A stretch of 64,000 nt of DNA from assembly GCF_006345805.1 (NCBI RefSeq), contig NC_042997.1:161448001-161512000 (forward strand), in the 5' to 3' direction. This stretch comes from Octopus sinensis (taxonomy: Eukaryota). Under the pieces are notes generated by a model, which was not told the DNA's origin, ran no database searches, and saw only the letters and a list, made by a program, of their open reading frames with translations. A program made the translations under genes and the position numbers. Positions 63,380 through 64,000 of this stretch are shown one piece after another. Within the stretch, counting starts at the first letter, position 1. Each line of letters starts with the position of its first letter.

Positions 63380-63600
63380 CATATTTCTTTACTACCCACA
63401 AGGGGCTAAGCAACAAGGACAGACAAATGGATTAAGTCGATTACATCGACCCCAGTGCATAACTGGTACTTAATTTATCAACCCCAAAAGGATGAAAGGC
63501 AAAATCAACCTCGGTGGTATTTGAACTCAGGACGTACCGGCAGACGAAATACGGCTACGCATTTTGCCCGGTGTGCTAACATTTCTGCCAGCTCGCCACC
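63380..63600 (-). mobile_element. F1 SINE, long-tail variant, between (TAA/AAC)n and (TAA/AAG)n tracts
   Basis: Reverse complement of 18633-18867. Confidence 0.85.
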
Positions 63601-63680
63601 TTTTATATAATAATAATAATAAGAAGAAGAAGAAGAAGAGAAGAAGAAGAAGAAGAAGAAGAAGAAGAAGAAGAAGAATG

Positions 63681-63729
<49 letters not shown>

Positions 63730-63739
63730 CGATAATAAT

Positions 63740-63950
63740 CATAATGGTTTCAAATTTTGCCACAAGAGCAACAATTTTAGAGGAGGGGATGAGTCAATTA
63801 CATCAATTCCAATGTTCAACTGGTACTTATTTTATCAACCTCAAAAAGATGAAAGGCAAAGTCGACATCAGCAGTACTTGAACTCAGAATGTAAAGACAG
63901 ATGAAATACTGCTAAGTATTTTGTTAACAACTCTGCCAACTCATCGCTCT
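63740..63950 (-). mobile_element. F1 SINE, short-tail variant
   Basis: Reverse complement of F1. Confidence 0.75.
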
Positions 63951-64000
63951 CAATATAAGGAGGACAAGGAGGATTTCTAAATTTGGCACAAGGCCAGCAG

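Noticed and set aside
40-63881. Most ORF-track ORFs (poly-I, poly-M, poly-H, YI/CV/HT repeats, 19488-20120 Pro/His-rich ORF)
   Set aside because: They are stop-free translations of microsatellites, low-complexity DNA or SINE bodies.

Overview
AT-rich, microsatellite-dense, repeat-dominated eukaryotic DNA, probably a long intron or intergenic region. The repeat landscape (tRNA-derived SINEs, RTE/CR1/R4-Dong LINE debris, mariner, Helitron, TTAA MITEs) suggests a coleoid cephalopod, most likely Octopus; this is inference. No host gene can be identified. Nearly all listed ORFs are microsatellite or TE artefacts, and only weak exon-like candidates remain. Most interesting signals: (1) several unrelated non-coding repeats carrying minimal type I hammerhead ribozyme motifs of the Penelope-like kind, one with a complete catalytic core (60372-60427) and one mini-element with a hammerhead in each inverted arm (4038-4351), plus a speculative truncated HDV-like motif (39475-39552); (2) an RTE LINE 3' UTR built from a variable number of about 61-nt hairpin modules, expanded into higher-order arrays that superficially mimic CRISPR (29155-30415, 60649-61410); (3) an 8-kb (ATT/TAA)n domain holding five Dong/R4 3' fragments and three full-length copies of an unclassified ~545-bp non-coding element; (4) a mariner remnant folded back on its own transposase sequence. 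All alignments, folds and translations were done by eye. Repeat boundaries are approximate (tens of bp) unless a TSD or TIR is quoted. F1-F4 are my own working labels for repeat families.
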